Assembly: GCA_000025185.1 (NCBI GenBank)
Contig: CP001848.1
Location: forward strand, 4,110,001 to 4,142,000
From: Pirellula staleyi DSM 6068
GTDB lineage: Bacteria; Planctomycetota; Planctomycetia; Pirellulales; Pirellulaceae
DNA: 32,000 nt
Direction: 5' to 3'
Position numbers and translations under genes: made by a program. Below, piece by piece: positions 25,130-32,000 of the stretch. Position 1 is the first letter of the stretch, and each line of letters begins with the position of its first letter. The notes under the pieces are model-generated. The model did no database searches. It was not told the DNA's origin and worked only from the letters and a program-made list of their open reading frames with translations.

Positions 25130-25154
25130 AACGTTGGGGTGGCGTGCGGTTTCA
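25130..25154 (-). promoter_or_regulatory. Candidate ECF-type promoter upstream of the sigma gene (weak call)
   Basis: The minus strand reads TGAAAC (25154-25149), then 15 nt, then CGTT (25133-25130). The element ends 26 nt upstream of the ATG. It resembles the AAC...CGT architecture of autoregulated ECF promoters. The spacer is one nt shorter than the usual 16-17, and the match is short enough to arise by chance. Confidence 0.18.
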
Positions 25155-25206
25155 GTGTATCGCAGCGCTGGTGAAACTGCGACTAAAAATAAGTGCCAGT
25201 GGTGGC

Positions 25207-25232
25207 GAGGCTGTGAATTTGAGGCTGTGAAT
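25207..25232. repeat. Exact tandem direct repeat GAGGCTGTGAAT x2 with 14-bp period
   Basis: The region reads GAGGCTGTGAAT (25207-25218), then tt, then GAGGCTGTGAAT (25221-25232). It lies in the non-coding region ~55-80 nt upstream of the candidate ECF promoter and ~100-130 nt upstream of the sigma start codon. The repeat itself is certain, but any function is unknown. Confidence 0.85.
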
Positions 25233-25962
25233 CTATGGTGCGGCCGGCTCCGGAAATCAGCCGACCGCAAGAAAGATTATGAACGTCCCGTGATCGTACT
25301 GTAAGCCGCCCATTAAGTTCGGCTCCCCGCACGCAGGCCAAGGGAGTGGTGTTGGCTGGAAGGGGGCACGAAATGTAAGTCGTCGTCCTTAAGTGCACGC
25401 TGGTCTAGGTTTGGTTCAATTCTGTGTTGCCAGGAGGTCAGAAGGCGGCGATTAGCACGCAAGTTCGCGCCGGTGGTGGGCGATGGTGAAGTAGGCGAGT
25501 GGAGTGGCAAATGCCGACAGGAAATCTGCGCAAGATAGCGATTTTTTTGGCTGGTATTGTCCCTAGCGGTACGCTATAACCTCCACTGGCTCATTGATTT
25601 GCGACGCGTCGGTCGACGGACAGAAGGACCTTGTAGCTTAGGGCACGAGGCTCTCCTATGAAGCGACTTAGCGGAACTCTCCCAGCCACTCGCACTGTTT
25701 CCAGCAGGGTAAGTTGGCTCGCAAGTGATTCTCCGTTAGCGACCGCCCGAGAATTAGTAAGTCCAGCGTGCTAGCGACTCTCGGTGAGAGGCTCGCCGGG
25801 TACGCAATGCCAAGCAACGGCCATCCAAGCAATCGGGGCATGTAGCGGACGCTTCGGCGCGACAGGGCGAGCTCCTGGGGACTGGGAATCCCGGTGATGC
25901 ATGACGCGTGATGTTGCACCATCGAGCCTCGGCTGCGGCACACTCAGGCGGAGTCTGCATCC

Positions 25963-27474
25963 TTGAATATCCTCTTCGTCAGCAGCGAAGTCGCACCGCT
26001 TGCCAAGACTGGCGGTCTGGCCGACGTCTGCGGAGCGCTTCCACTCGAACTCGCGCGCCTGGGGCACCAGGTGGCGGTGATCATGCCGGCCTACCGGCAG
26101 GTGAAGCAGGGGAACTTCGCCCTCGAGCCCTTGAATGTCAAATTCGACATTCCGATCGGCAATAAGATCGTTCGTGGTCGGCTCCTCAAAACCACGCTCC
26201 CCGGCAGCAGTCCCGAAAACGAAGTTCCCGTTTTCTTCGTCGAGCAAGACGAATACTTCGATCGCCCCGAGCTCTATCGGGCCAAAGGGGAAGACTACAA
26301 AGACAACTGCGAACGCTTTGTCTTCTTCTGTCGTGGAGCGCTCGAATCGATTCGCCTCTTAAAGCTCGATGTCGATGTGGTGCACTGTCACGACTGGCAA
26401 ACCGGTCTGATTCCGGCCTACCTCAATCTCGAATACCTGCACGCCGCTGGCTATGAAAACATCGCCACGCTGCTGACGATTCACAACCTGGCGTATCAGG
26501 GAATCTTCTGGCACTGGGACATGCTCCTGACGGGGCTCGACTGGAAGTATTTCAATCTGCATCAGATGGAGTTTTACGGAAAACTCAACCTGCTGAAGAC
26601 CGGCATTGTGTTTGCCGAATGCCTCACGACGGTGAGCGAGCGCTATGCCCAAGAGATTCAAACCGATCCGCTCGGCTGTGGCCTGGAAGGTGTGCTCGCG
26701 CAGCGCTCGGAAGTTCTCAGCGGCGTGGTGAACGGTGTCGACTATTCCATTTGGAATCCGGCGATCGATCCGCATATTGCCAAGCAATACGACGTTTCGA
26801 ATTGGCAAGAAGGGAAAGCGGCTTGCAAAGCAGCGCTGCAGCGCGAGATGGGACTTCCCGAGCGGAGCGACGTTCCGCTGATTGCCCTCGTGGGACGTTT
26901 GGCCGATCAAAAAGGGTGGGATCTTGTGGCGCAAGTGATGCGCCGCTGGGTGCACGATGCCAGTGCCCAGTGGGTGATCCTCGGAACGGGTGAACCGCAC
27001 TACCACCAAATGCTCGAAGAGCTCAGCCGCAGTTTCCGCGACAAGGTGGCGGTGAGTTTGCAGTTCAGCGATCCGCTGGCGCACCGCATTGAAGCGGGTG
27101 CCGATATGTTTCTGATGCCGAGCCGCTACGAGCCTTGCGGGCTCAATCAGCTTTATAGTTTGAAGTACGGCGCGGTCCCCGTGGTGCGAGCGACCGGTGG
27201 TTTGGCCGATACGGTGATCGATGCCAATCACGCGCATCTCTCGCAAGGTGTCGCGACTGGGTTCTCGTTCGAAAGCTACGATGTCGATGCTCTTGCCTCG
27301 GCCCTCGGCCGCGCCAGCATGATGTATCACCACGAGCCAGAGAACTGGAAGAAGGTGGTCGAGTGTGGCATGAAGCAAGACTGGTCGTGGGGCGCCAGTG
27401 CCCGCGAATATGTCTCGCTCTATGCCGATGCGATTCGTCGAAAACGAGAGCAGCGGGAGCAGCTGCTCGGTTAA
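25963..27474 (+). CDS. glgA: Glycogen (starch) synthase GlgA, GT5
   Basis: It uses a TTG start. The N-terminus MNILFVSSEVAPLAKTGGLADV carries the KxGGL signature. The remainder is co-linear with GlgA (HCHDWQTGLIPAYL, VSERYAQEI, NGVDYSIWNP, MPSRYEPCGLNQLYSLKYGAVPVVRATGGLADTV). Confidence 0.92.
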   Translation: MNILFVSSEVAPLAKTGGLADVCGALPLELARLGHQVAVIMPAYRQVKQGNFALEPLNVKFDIPIGNKIVRGRLLKTTLPGSSPENEVPVFFVEQDEYFDRPELYRAKGEDYKDNCERFVFFCRGALESIRLLKLDVDVVHCHDWQTGLIPAYLNLEYLHAAGYENIATLLTIHNLAYQGIFWHWDMLLTGLDWKYFNLHQMEFYGKLNLLKTGIVFAECLTTVSERYAQEIQTDPLGCGLEGVLAQRSEVLSGVVNGVDYSIWNPAIDPHIAKQYDVSNWQEGKAACKAALQREMGLPERSDVPLIALVGRLADQKGWDLVAQVMRRWVHDASAQWVILGTGEPHYHQMLEELSRSFRDKVAVSLQFSDPLAHRIEAGADMFLMPSRYEPCGLNQLYSLKYGAVPVVRATGGLADTVIDANHAHLSQGVATGFSFESYDVDALASALGRASMMYHHEPENWKKVVECGMKQDWSWGASAREYVSLYADAIRRKREQREQLLG

Positions 27475-27539
27475 AGGGATCGGGCAAGGTGGCCTTACAA
27501 GTGACCAATTAAACCATTCGAAACTCGCAGGGGTGTGCG

Positions 27540-28700
27540 TTGTCCCCACTGGAATCTAACTCGCGCGTGGAACCTCAATATCGACAGGACCCCCTGTCGA
27601 AGCGCTGGGTTATTATAGGTGGCAATCGGGCCGCTCGACCGAACGAGTTCTTCGAAGAGGCAGTTCGCCCCACTGGACTCGCTTGCCCGTTCTGCGCTGG
27701 CTACGAAAAGCAAACCCCTCCAGCACTCGCCGAGTATCGCCAGACCTCGCTCAGCAGCTTAGCGCCGGACTGGGATGTCCGCGTGGTGCCGAACAAGTTC
27801 CCTGCGGTTGTCTCCGACCATCCGGTTCCAGCCCCGAGCGTCAAACCGATTCCACGCAAGGGAACGAAGTCCAAAGGTGGCAGCCGCGGAGCAGGGGATG
27901 CCAAAGGGACGATCCTCTCGCCTTCTAACGGTCCGCTGCGGCTGAGCGCGCCTGGCTTTGGACAGCATGAAGTGATCATCGAGTCGTCGCGGCATGTGGT
28001 GAGCTTCACCGATCTCACGCCGAGCGAAGCCGAACTCACGCTCCGCGCTTATCGCGACCGCATTCGGACCCTCGCTGCCGATGGTCGTTTTCGCTACGTG
28101 CAGATTTTCAAGAACGTGGGGCCTCAAGCGGGGGCTTCGATCGAGCATTCGCACAGTCAGCTGATGGCGCTCCCAACCGTTCCCGATGTGCTGGCGCAAG
28201 AGCTTGCCAGCTGTCGCGAGCATTATCAAGTCAGCGGTCAGCCGCTGCTATCGGAGATCATCGAGCAAGAGCTCACCGCCGAACTGCGCATCGTTCAGCG
28301 GACCGAAAACTATGTGGCGTTCTGTCCGTATGCGAGCGCTTTCCCTTTTGAACTATGGCTAGCGCCCCGGCAAACTGCGGCAAGATTCGAGGACCTGGAA
28401 GATAGTGAACTTGGAGAGCTTTCGCGGTTTCTACAGGACGTGATCGGTCGTATCGAAAGTTCGCTCGGCCGCCCGAGTTATAATTACTTTCTGCATACTC
28501 AGCCCTTTGACACTTCGCGCTCTGACCACTATCACTGGCATATCGAGATCTTTCCACGCCTGACGAAAACGGCTGGCTTTGAGTGGAGTACCGGTTGTTT
28601 CATCAACCCCACCTCTCCAGAACTGGCAGCTGAAGTTCTGCGTGCCTCTCCACGCTCGGCGATGGAACAGTCCTCTTCCGAATGTTCGCGCTTTGAATAA
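27540..28700 (+). CDS. GalT-family (HIT superfamily branch III) nucleotidyltransferase/phosphorylase: galactose-1-phosphate uridylyltransferase-like or ADP-glucose phosphorylase-like
   Basis: It uses a TTG start. It has the zinc-knuckle CPFCAGYE and RVVPNKFPAV. The HxHxQ active site reads GASIEHSHSQLMALP. A second half-domain is present (FCPYASAFPFELWLAP...YHWHIEIFPRLT). It sits between glgA and the GH57 gene. No galK or galE is present in the window. Confidence 0.8.
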   Translation: MSPLESNSRVEPQYRQDPLSKRWVIIGGNRAARPNEFFEEAVRPTGLACPFCAGYEKQTPPALAEYRQTSLSSLAPDWDVRVVPNKFPAVVSDHPVPAPSVKPIPRKGTKSKGGSRGAGDAKGTILSPSNGPLRLSAPGFGQHEVIIESSRHVVSFTDLTPSEAELTLRAYRDRIRTLAADGRFRYVQIFKNVGPQAGASIEHSHSQLMALPTVPDVLAQELASCREHYQVSGQPLLSEIIEQELTAELRIVQRTENYVAFCPYASAFPFELWLAPRQTAARFEDLEDSELGELSRFLQDVIGRIESSLGRPSYNYFLHTQPFDTSRSDHYHWHIEIFPRLTKTAGFEWSTGCFINPTSPELAAEVLRASPRSAMEQSSSECSRFE

Positions 28701-28923
28701 TTAGCGAGTCTGGTGCGATCAGGCCGATAAAATGGTTTGGTCGCTAGTCCAGCGCCGGTGATTTCGCGCCAGAGTCTCCTTGCGATACTCTTCCGCGCAA
28801 GCACTGCTGGCATCGTCAGGTTGTGTTGCGATCCACTTGCGTGTTTGCCTCGCCGCGTCTCCGTATCGTTACGTTGTCCACAGCAACCGCTGTCCTGCAC
28901 TCCAGCCGGGTCCCCGATTGGCT

Positions 28924-31101
28924 ATGACCAACTCCATCCGCCTTTGCCTTGTTCTGCACAATCACCAGCCTGTCGGCAACTTCGATGGGGTGTTTGAACA
29001 GGCGTATCAGGACAGCTATAAGCCGTTTCTCGATGTCTTCGAGAGCTACGGACCGGAGCTGAAGATTTCGCTCCACACCAGCGGTCCCCTGATGGACTGG
29101 CTCGACGAGCGCCATCCCGAGTATGTCGATCGCGTTGCGCGGCTGGTCGCGGCTGGTCGCGTGGAAATCGTCGGCGGTCCCTACTACGAACCGATCCTGC
29201 CGATGATCCCCTCGCGCGATCGAATCGGACAAATCACGTCGTACACCCAGTGGCTCGAAAGCCGACTCGGTGCAACGGTCAACGGCATGTGGATGCCGGA
29301 GCGCGTGTGGGAACAATCGCTCGCCAGCGACCTCGCTTCGGCGGGGATGAAATACACCGTCCTCGACGATTCGCACTTCCGCAACGCTGGGCTGGCCGAC
29401 GATCAACTCCTCGGGCACTACATCACTGAAGATGATGGCAAACTGCTGTCGATCTTCCCCGGCAGCGAACCGCTCCGCTATTTCATTCCGTTCCAAGCCC
29501 CCGATGCCACGGTGAATTATCTCCGCGAGATCGCCGACAAGCACCCGAACTCTGTCGTGGTGTTTGGTGACGACGGCGAGAAGTTCGGCACTTGGCCCGA
29601 CACCAAAAAACATGTCTACGACAACGGCTGGTTGCGGCAGTTCTTCGATTCGCTTGTCGCCAACAAAGACTGGGTGAACATCACCACCCTCACCGAGTCG
29701 ATCGAGAACGTGCCACCGGTCGGCAAAATCTATTTGCCCGACGCCAGCTATCGCGAAATGACCGAGTGGGCGCTCCCAGTCACGCAGCAAGAAGAATACG
29801 ACCACATCGTGGCCGAGATGCAAAACGATGCTCGCTGGCCGCGCATTAAGCGTTTTGTGCAAGGTGGTTTCTGGCGCAACTTCAAAGTGAAGTATCCCGA
29901 AACCAACGAAATGTATGCCCGCATGATGATGGCGAGCAAACGTGTCGCGCAGGCCGAGCGCGATGGTGTGACGGGAGACACCTTCCGCCACGCTCGTCAG
30001 GCACTCTACCGAGGACAATGCAACTGTCCTTACTGGCACGGCGCGTTTGGTGGCATCTATCTGCCGCACTTACGCAACGCCATTTTTAATCAGCTGATCG
30101 CCTGCGATAACCTGCTCGATCAAGCGATGGGCAAGACCGGCGCATGGGTCGAAGCCACGGTCGACGACTACAACTTCGATGCCCGCCAAGAGGTGCGACT
30201 GGCCAGCGACAAGCTGATCTGTTTGCTTGCTCCAGCATCAGGCGGACAGATGTACGAACTCGATGTGCGCACGATTTGCCACAACTTGCTCGCTACGCTC
30301 ACGCGACGTCCTGAAGCGTATCACCGCAAGGTGCTGGCTGGACAAAACAAAACGATCGCGCCGGAAGATAGTGTGACCGAACATCACACCACAAAGTCGG
30401 CCGGACTCGCCGAAAAATTGCAGTACGACCAGTGGCAGCGCAAGAGCCTGCTCGATCACTTCTTCGATCTTGGCGCAACGCGCGAAGCTGCAGCGCGTGG
30501 TGAAGCAGCTGAACTCGGGGACTTCATCAGCGGCGCTTACGAAACCAAGATCCGCCGCGCGAGCGACAAGATCCAAGTGCAGCTGACCCGCTCTGGCAAT
30601 GCGTGTGGCCACGAAATCAAAATCACCAAAGCGGTGACAATGGCCGCTGGCAGCAGTTCGCTAGAAGTCGTGTATCTGCTCGAGAATCTGCCACCAGAGA
30701 AGGTTTTGCACTTCGGTGTGGAACTCAATTTCGCGGGTCTGCCGAGTGGTGCCGACGATCGCTATTTCCACAATCTCTCGGGACAAAAGCTCGGCCAATT
30801 GGGAACCCATCTCGATCTGCACGAAGCGGTTTCGCTCGGACTGGTCGATGAGTGGCTCGGGATCGATGTGCAAATTCAATCGAGCCGACCCACCAGCTTC
30901 TGGACCTTCCCGATCGAAACGGTGAGCCAGTCGGAAGGTGGTTACGAGTCGGTCCATCAGTCCGTTTGCGTCGTTCCTCACTGGATGGTGAAGGCCGATT
31001 CGGCGGGACGCTGGACCGCGACCTTCCACATCAACGCCAGCACGAAATTGGCCGAATCCCGCATGGCCAGCAGCAACGGCCACGTGGCAGCCCACGTTTA
31101 A
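28924..31101 (+). CDS. GH57-family alpha-glucan enzyme (alpha-amylase/4-alpha-glucanotransferase type with DUF1926-like C-terminal domain)
   Basis: Internal ATG 28924 gives MTNSIRLCLVLHNHQPVGNF, the GH57 region-1 HQP. GH57 blocks follow: GRVEIVGGPYYEPIL, WMPERVWE (nucleophile Glu region), VVFGDDGEKFG (acid/base Asp region). The product is 725 aa. The 48-codon upstream extension in the track (from 28780) is not protein-like. Confidence 0.88.
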   Translation: MTNSIRLCLVLHNHQPVGNFDGVFEQAYQDSYKPFLDVFESYGPELKISLHTSGPLMDWLDERHPEYVDRVARLVAAGRVEIVGGPYYEPILPMIPSRDRIGQITSYTQWLESRLGATVNGMWMPERVWEQSLASDLASAGMKYTVLDDSHFRNAGLADDQLLGHYITEDDGKLLSIFPGSEPLRYFIPFQAPDATVNYLREIADKHPNSVVVFGDDGEKFGTWPDTKKHVYDNGWLRQFFDSLVANKDWVNITTLTESIENVPPVGKIYLPDASYREMTEWALPVTQQEEYDHIVAEMQNDARWPRIKRFVQGGFWRNFKVKYPETNEMYARMMMASKRVAQAERDGVTGDTFRHARQALYRGQCNCPYWHGAFGGIYLPHLRNAIFNQLIACDNLLDQAMGKTGAWVEATVDDYNFDARQEVRLASDKLICLLAPASGGQMYELDVRTICHNLLATLTRRPEAYHRKVLAGQNKTIAPEDSVTEHHTTKSAGLAEKLQYDQWQRKSLLDHFFDLGATREAAARGEAAELGDFISGAYETKIRRASDKIQVQLTRSGNACGHEIKITKAVTMAAGSSSLEVVYLLENLPPEKVLHFGVELNFAGLPSGADDRYFHNLSGQKLGQLGTHLDLHEAVSLGLVDEWLGIDVQIQSSRPTSFWTFPIETVSQSEGGYESVHQSVCVVPHWMVKADSAGRWTATFHINASTKLAESRMASSNGHVAAHV

Positions 31102-31132
31102 GAGGCCGCTGCAAGCGCGGTGCGGTAAAGTT

Positions 31133-31768
31133 CTAGCTCAGCCGAGCGCCCCAGCGTGTGGCGATATCGGCGAGCTGGTGCCGCGCAGCTTCGAGGCCAG
31201 CGATCTTGGCTTCAGGACCAGCGAACTGCATCGGCTGAGCGCTGACGAACGTCATCTCCGATGCTCCCAGGAAGCAGAAAAGCTGCTGGAGCCAAGGGAC
31301 GAGCAGATCTTGCCCCGCCATGCTTCCGCCCTGAGCGTAATCGCCACCCCGCGACGTGATGAACAGCAGCGGGCGATCGGCGAGCAGTCCACGAATGCCA
31401 CCCGGCGACGATTCAAACGTTCGTCCACTCCGCACCACGTTATCGATGTAGGCCTTGAAGGTCGACGGCGCGGCGTAGTTGTACATCGGCATCGCAAACA
31501 CGCAGGCATGCGAAGCGAGGAGCTGATCGACCAGAAGATCCGAACGGCGAATCGATTCACGCATCTCGCGCGTGTGATCTTGCGGGGCTGTGTAGTGAGC
31601 CGCAGTTTGAATCGCCGAGACATGCGGCGGTGGATCTTGGGCAAGATCTAAATAGTCGACATCAAAGGTGGCAAGTCGCAAGCGGAGTTGGGCTACAAAA
31701 AATGCCGACAGTTCGCGCGACGTCGATCCTTCGTAACGCGCACTCGCGTCGACATGCAGTAGTCTCAT
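31133..31768 (-). CDS. azoR: FMN-dependent NADH-azoreductase-like flavodoxin-fold oxidoreductase
   Basis: Internal ATG 31768 gives MRLLHVDASARYEGSTSRELS... It contains ACVFAMPMYNYAAPSTFKAYIDNVVRSGRTF and LLFITSRGGDY, which match AzoR/NAD(P)H-dehydrogenase (quinone) blocks. The product is 211 aa. The 71-codon extension to 31981 is in a different frame from the upstream partial ORF 31774..32000 and is not protein-like. Confidence 0.78.
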   Translation of the reverse strand: MRLLHVDASARYEGSTSRELSAFFVAQLRLRLATFDVDYLDLAQDPPPHVSAIQTAAHYTAPQDHTREMRESIRRSDLLVDQLLASHACVFAMPMYNYAAPSTFKAYIDNVVRSGRTFESSPGGIRGLLADRPLLFITSRGGDYAQGGSMAGQDLLVPWLQQLFCFLGASEMTFVSAQPMQFAGPEAKIAGLEAARHQLADIATRWGARLS

Positions 31769-31773
31769 AAATC

Positions 31774-32000
31774 TCAAGGTTCCGATGGTCGTCCTGAACT
31801 CACGCGTTGCTCTCGATGCTCGACAAACCAGCCAGAAGCACGCTGCAAAAACTCGGGGGGAGCTTTGCGAACGAACTCCTCTCCGAGCTGCCGCAGCGTA
31901 GTCTTTGCCAGTACATCCCGCATCGCACTCTCGGCACGTTTCATTGCGGAATTCACAGCGCACATGCTGCACGTAGCCCACTCGGGTGGATCACCGGCCA
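31774..32000 (-). CDS. Partial ORF (C-terminal ~75 codons; start lies beyond the right window edge), hypothetical
   Basis: The frame stays open from the window edge: ...AGDPPEWATCSMCAVNSAMKRAESAMRDVLAKTTLRQLGEEFVRKAPPEFLQRASGWFVEHREQRVSSGRPSEP*. Its TGA (31776-31774) lies 5 nt before the azoR-like ATG, which suggests an operon. I recognise no family. Confidence 0.35.
   Translation of the reverse strand, partial: AGDPPEWATCSMCAVNSAMKRAESAMRDVLAKTTLRQLGEEFVRKAPPEFLQRASGWFVEHREQRVSSGRPSEP

Noticed and set aside
12688-25780. 9-mer GCTAGCGAC (or its complement) in three different intergenic regions (about 12691, 16928, 25771), plus related CGCTAGCG palindromes at 2894-2916
   Set aside because: It looked like a dispersed intergenic motif. 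With 262144 possible 9-mers, hundreds are expected to occur three or more times in 64 kb of two-strand sequence. The flanks show no extended similarity beyond ~11-14 nt.
25541-25962. Possible RNase P RNA, tmRNA, SRP RNA or riboswitch upstream of glgA (e.g. AGUAAGUCCAGCG vaguely like the RNase P GAGGAAAGUCCGGGC block; ACAGAAGGACC like ACAGAACCCGGCUUA)
   Set aside because: The two RNase-P-like fragments are in the wrong order. The GGGUGAAA and other conserved regions are absent. There is no tRNA-like GGUUCGAAUCC 3' end for tmRNA and no SRP GGAAGCAGC motif. It remains an unexplained region only.
26359-30069. 396-aa and 417-aa minus-strand ORFs (26359..27549, 28816..30069)
   Set aside because: They are antisense to glgA and the GH57 gene, both of which have unambiguous family signatures in the plus frame.
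16292-31981. N-terminal extensions proposed by the track for acyP (16292), the anti-sigma-like gene (24644), GH57 (28780), azoR-like (31981), the M28 peptidase (5039) and the WD40-like gene (22135)
   Set aside because: The family-typical N-termini or signal peptides begin at internal ATGs. The extensions are Arg/Ser/Cys-rich, and they overlap neighbouring genes or would bury signal peptides. I used the internal starts and flagged the alternatives.
1-32000. CRISPR arrays, tRNA/rRNA genes, transposases, integrases, prophage, toxin-antitoxin or known defence-system genes
   Set aside because: I looked for them and did not find them. There are no regularly spaced repeats, no T-loop GGTTCGAATCC-type motif in an intergenic context, and no ORF with recombinase, nuclease or defence-type motifs that I could recognise.

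Overview
GC-rich bacterial chromosomal segment. The gene content suggests a Planctomycetota (Pirellulales-like) genome, based on many large secreted or membrane hypothetical proteins, an FSLLQLLLL-type N-terminal anchor and an ECF/WD40 linkage. This taxonomic call is inference only and no search was possible. I support 25 protein-coding genes. They are: partial lpxA (missing from the ORF track, found by hand translation), lpxC, an OmpH/Skp-like chaperone, an M28/PA/PDZ peptidase, a secreted LRR protein, glutamine-dependent NAD synthetase, a mini release-factor (GGQ) protein start/stop-overlapped with an SDR oxidoreductase, DUF309, a GAF-PP2C phosphatase with an upstream polytopic membrane protein, a Cys/Gly/His-rich secreted protein, an LpqC-type esterase, a Pro-rich lipoprotein, acylphosphatase, an orphan ABC-2-type permease fusion, a four-gene ECF sigma module, a glgA / GalT-like / GH57 alpha-glucan cluster, an AzoR-like flavin reductase, and a partial ORF at the right edge. 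I found no rRNA, tRNA, CRISPR array, transposase, integrase or phage genes. Most long ORFs in the track that oppose these genes are antisense shadows typical of GC-rich DNA. The best candidate for an undescribed system is the minus-strand module at 18983-25104. It runs ECF sigma, then an overlapping acidic single-pass membrane protein with no canonical anti-sigma motif, then an exported trypsin-fold/PDZ protein that has lost the catalytic His and Asp, then a ~1020-aa WD40-like polytopic membrane protein. Secondary leads are a 12-Cys secreted protein followed by two hairpin terminators that bracket an unexplained ~200-nt region, a GGQ mini-release factor with a non-ArfB C-terminal domain, a GalT-family enzyme embedded in a glycogen cluster with no glgC in the window, and an 858-bp non-coding divergent region containing an exact tandem 12-mer. 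All functional calls come from motif recognition by eye and none was checked against a database.
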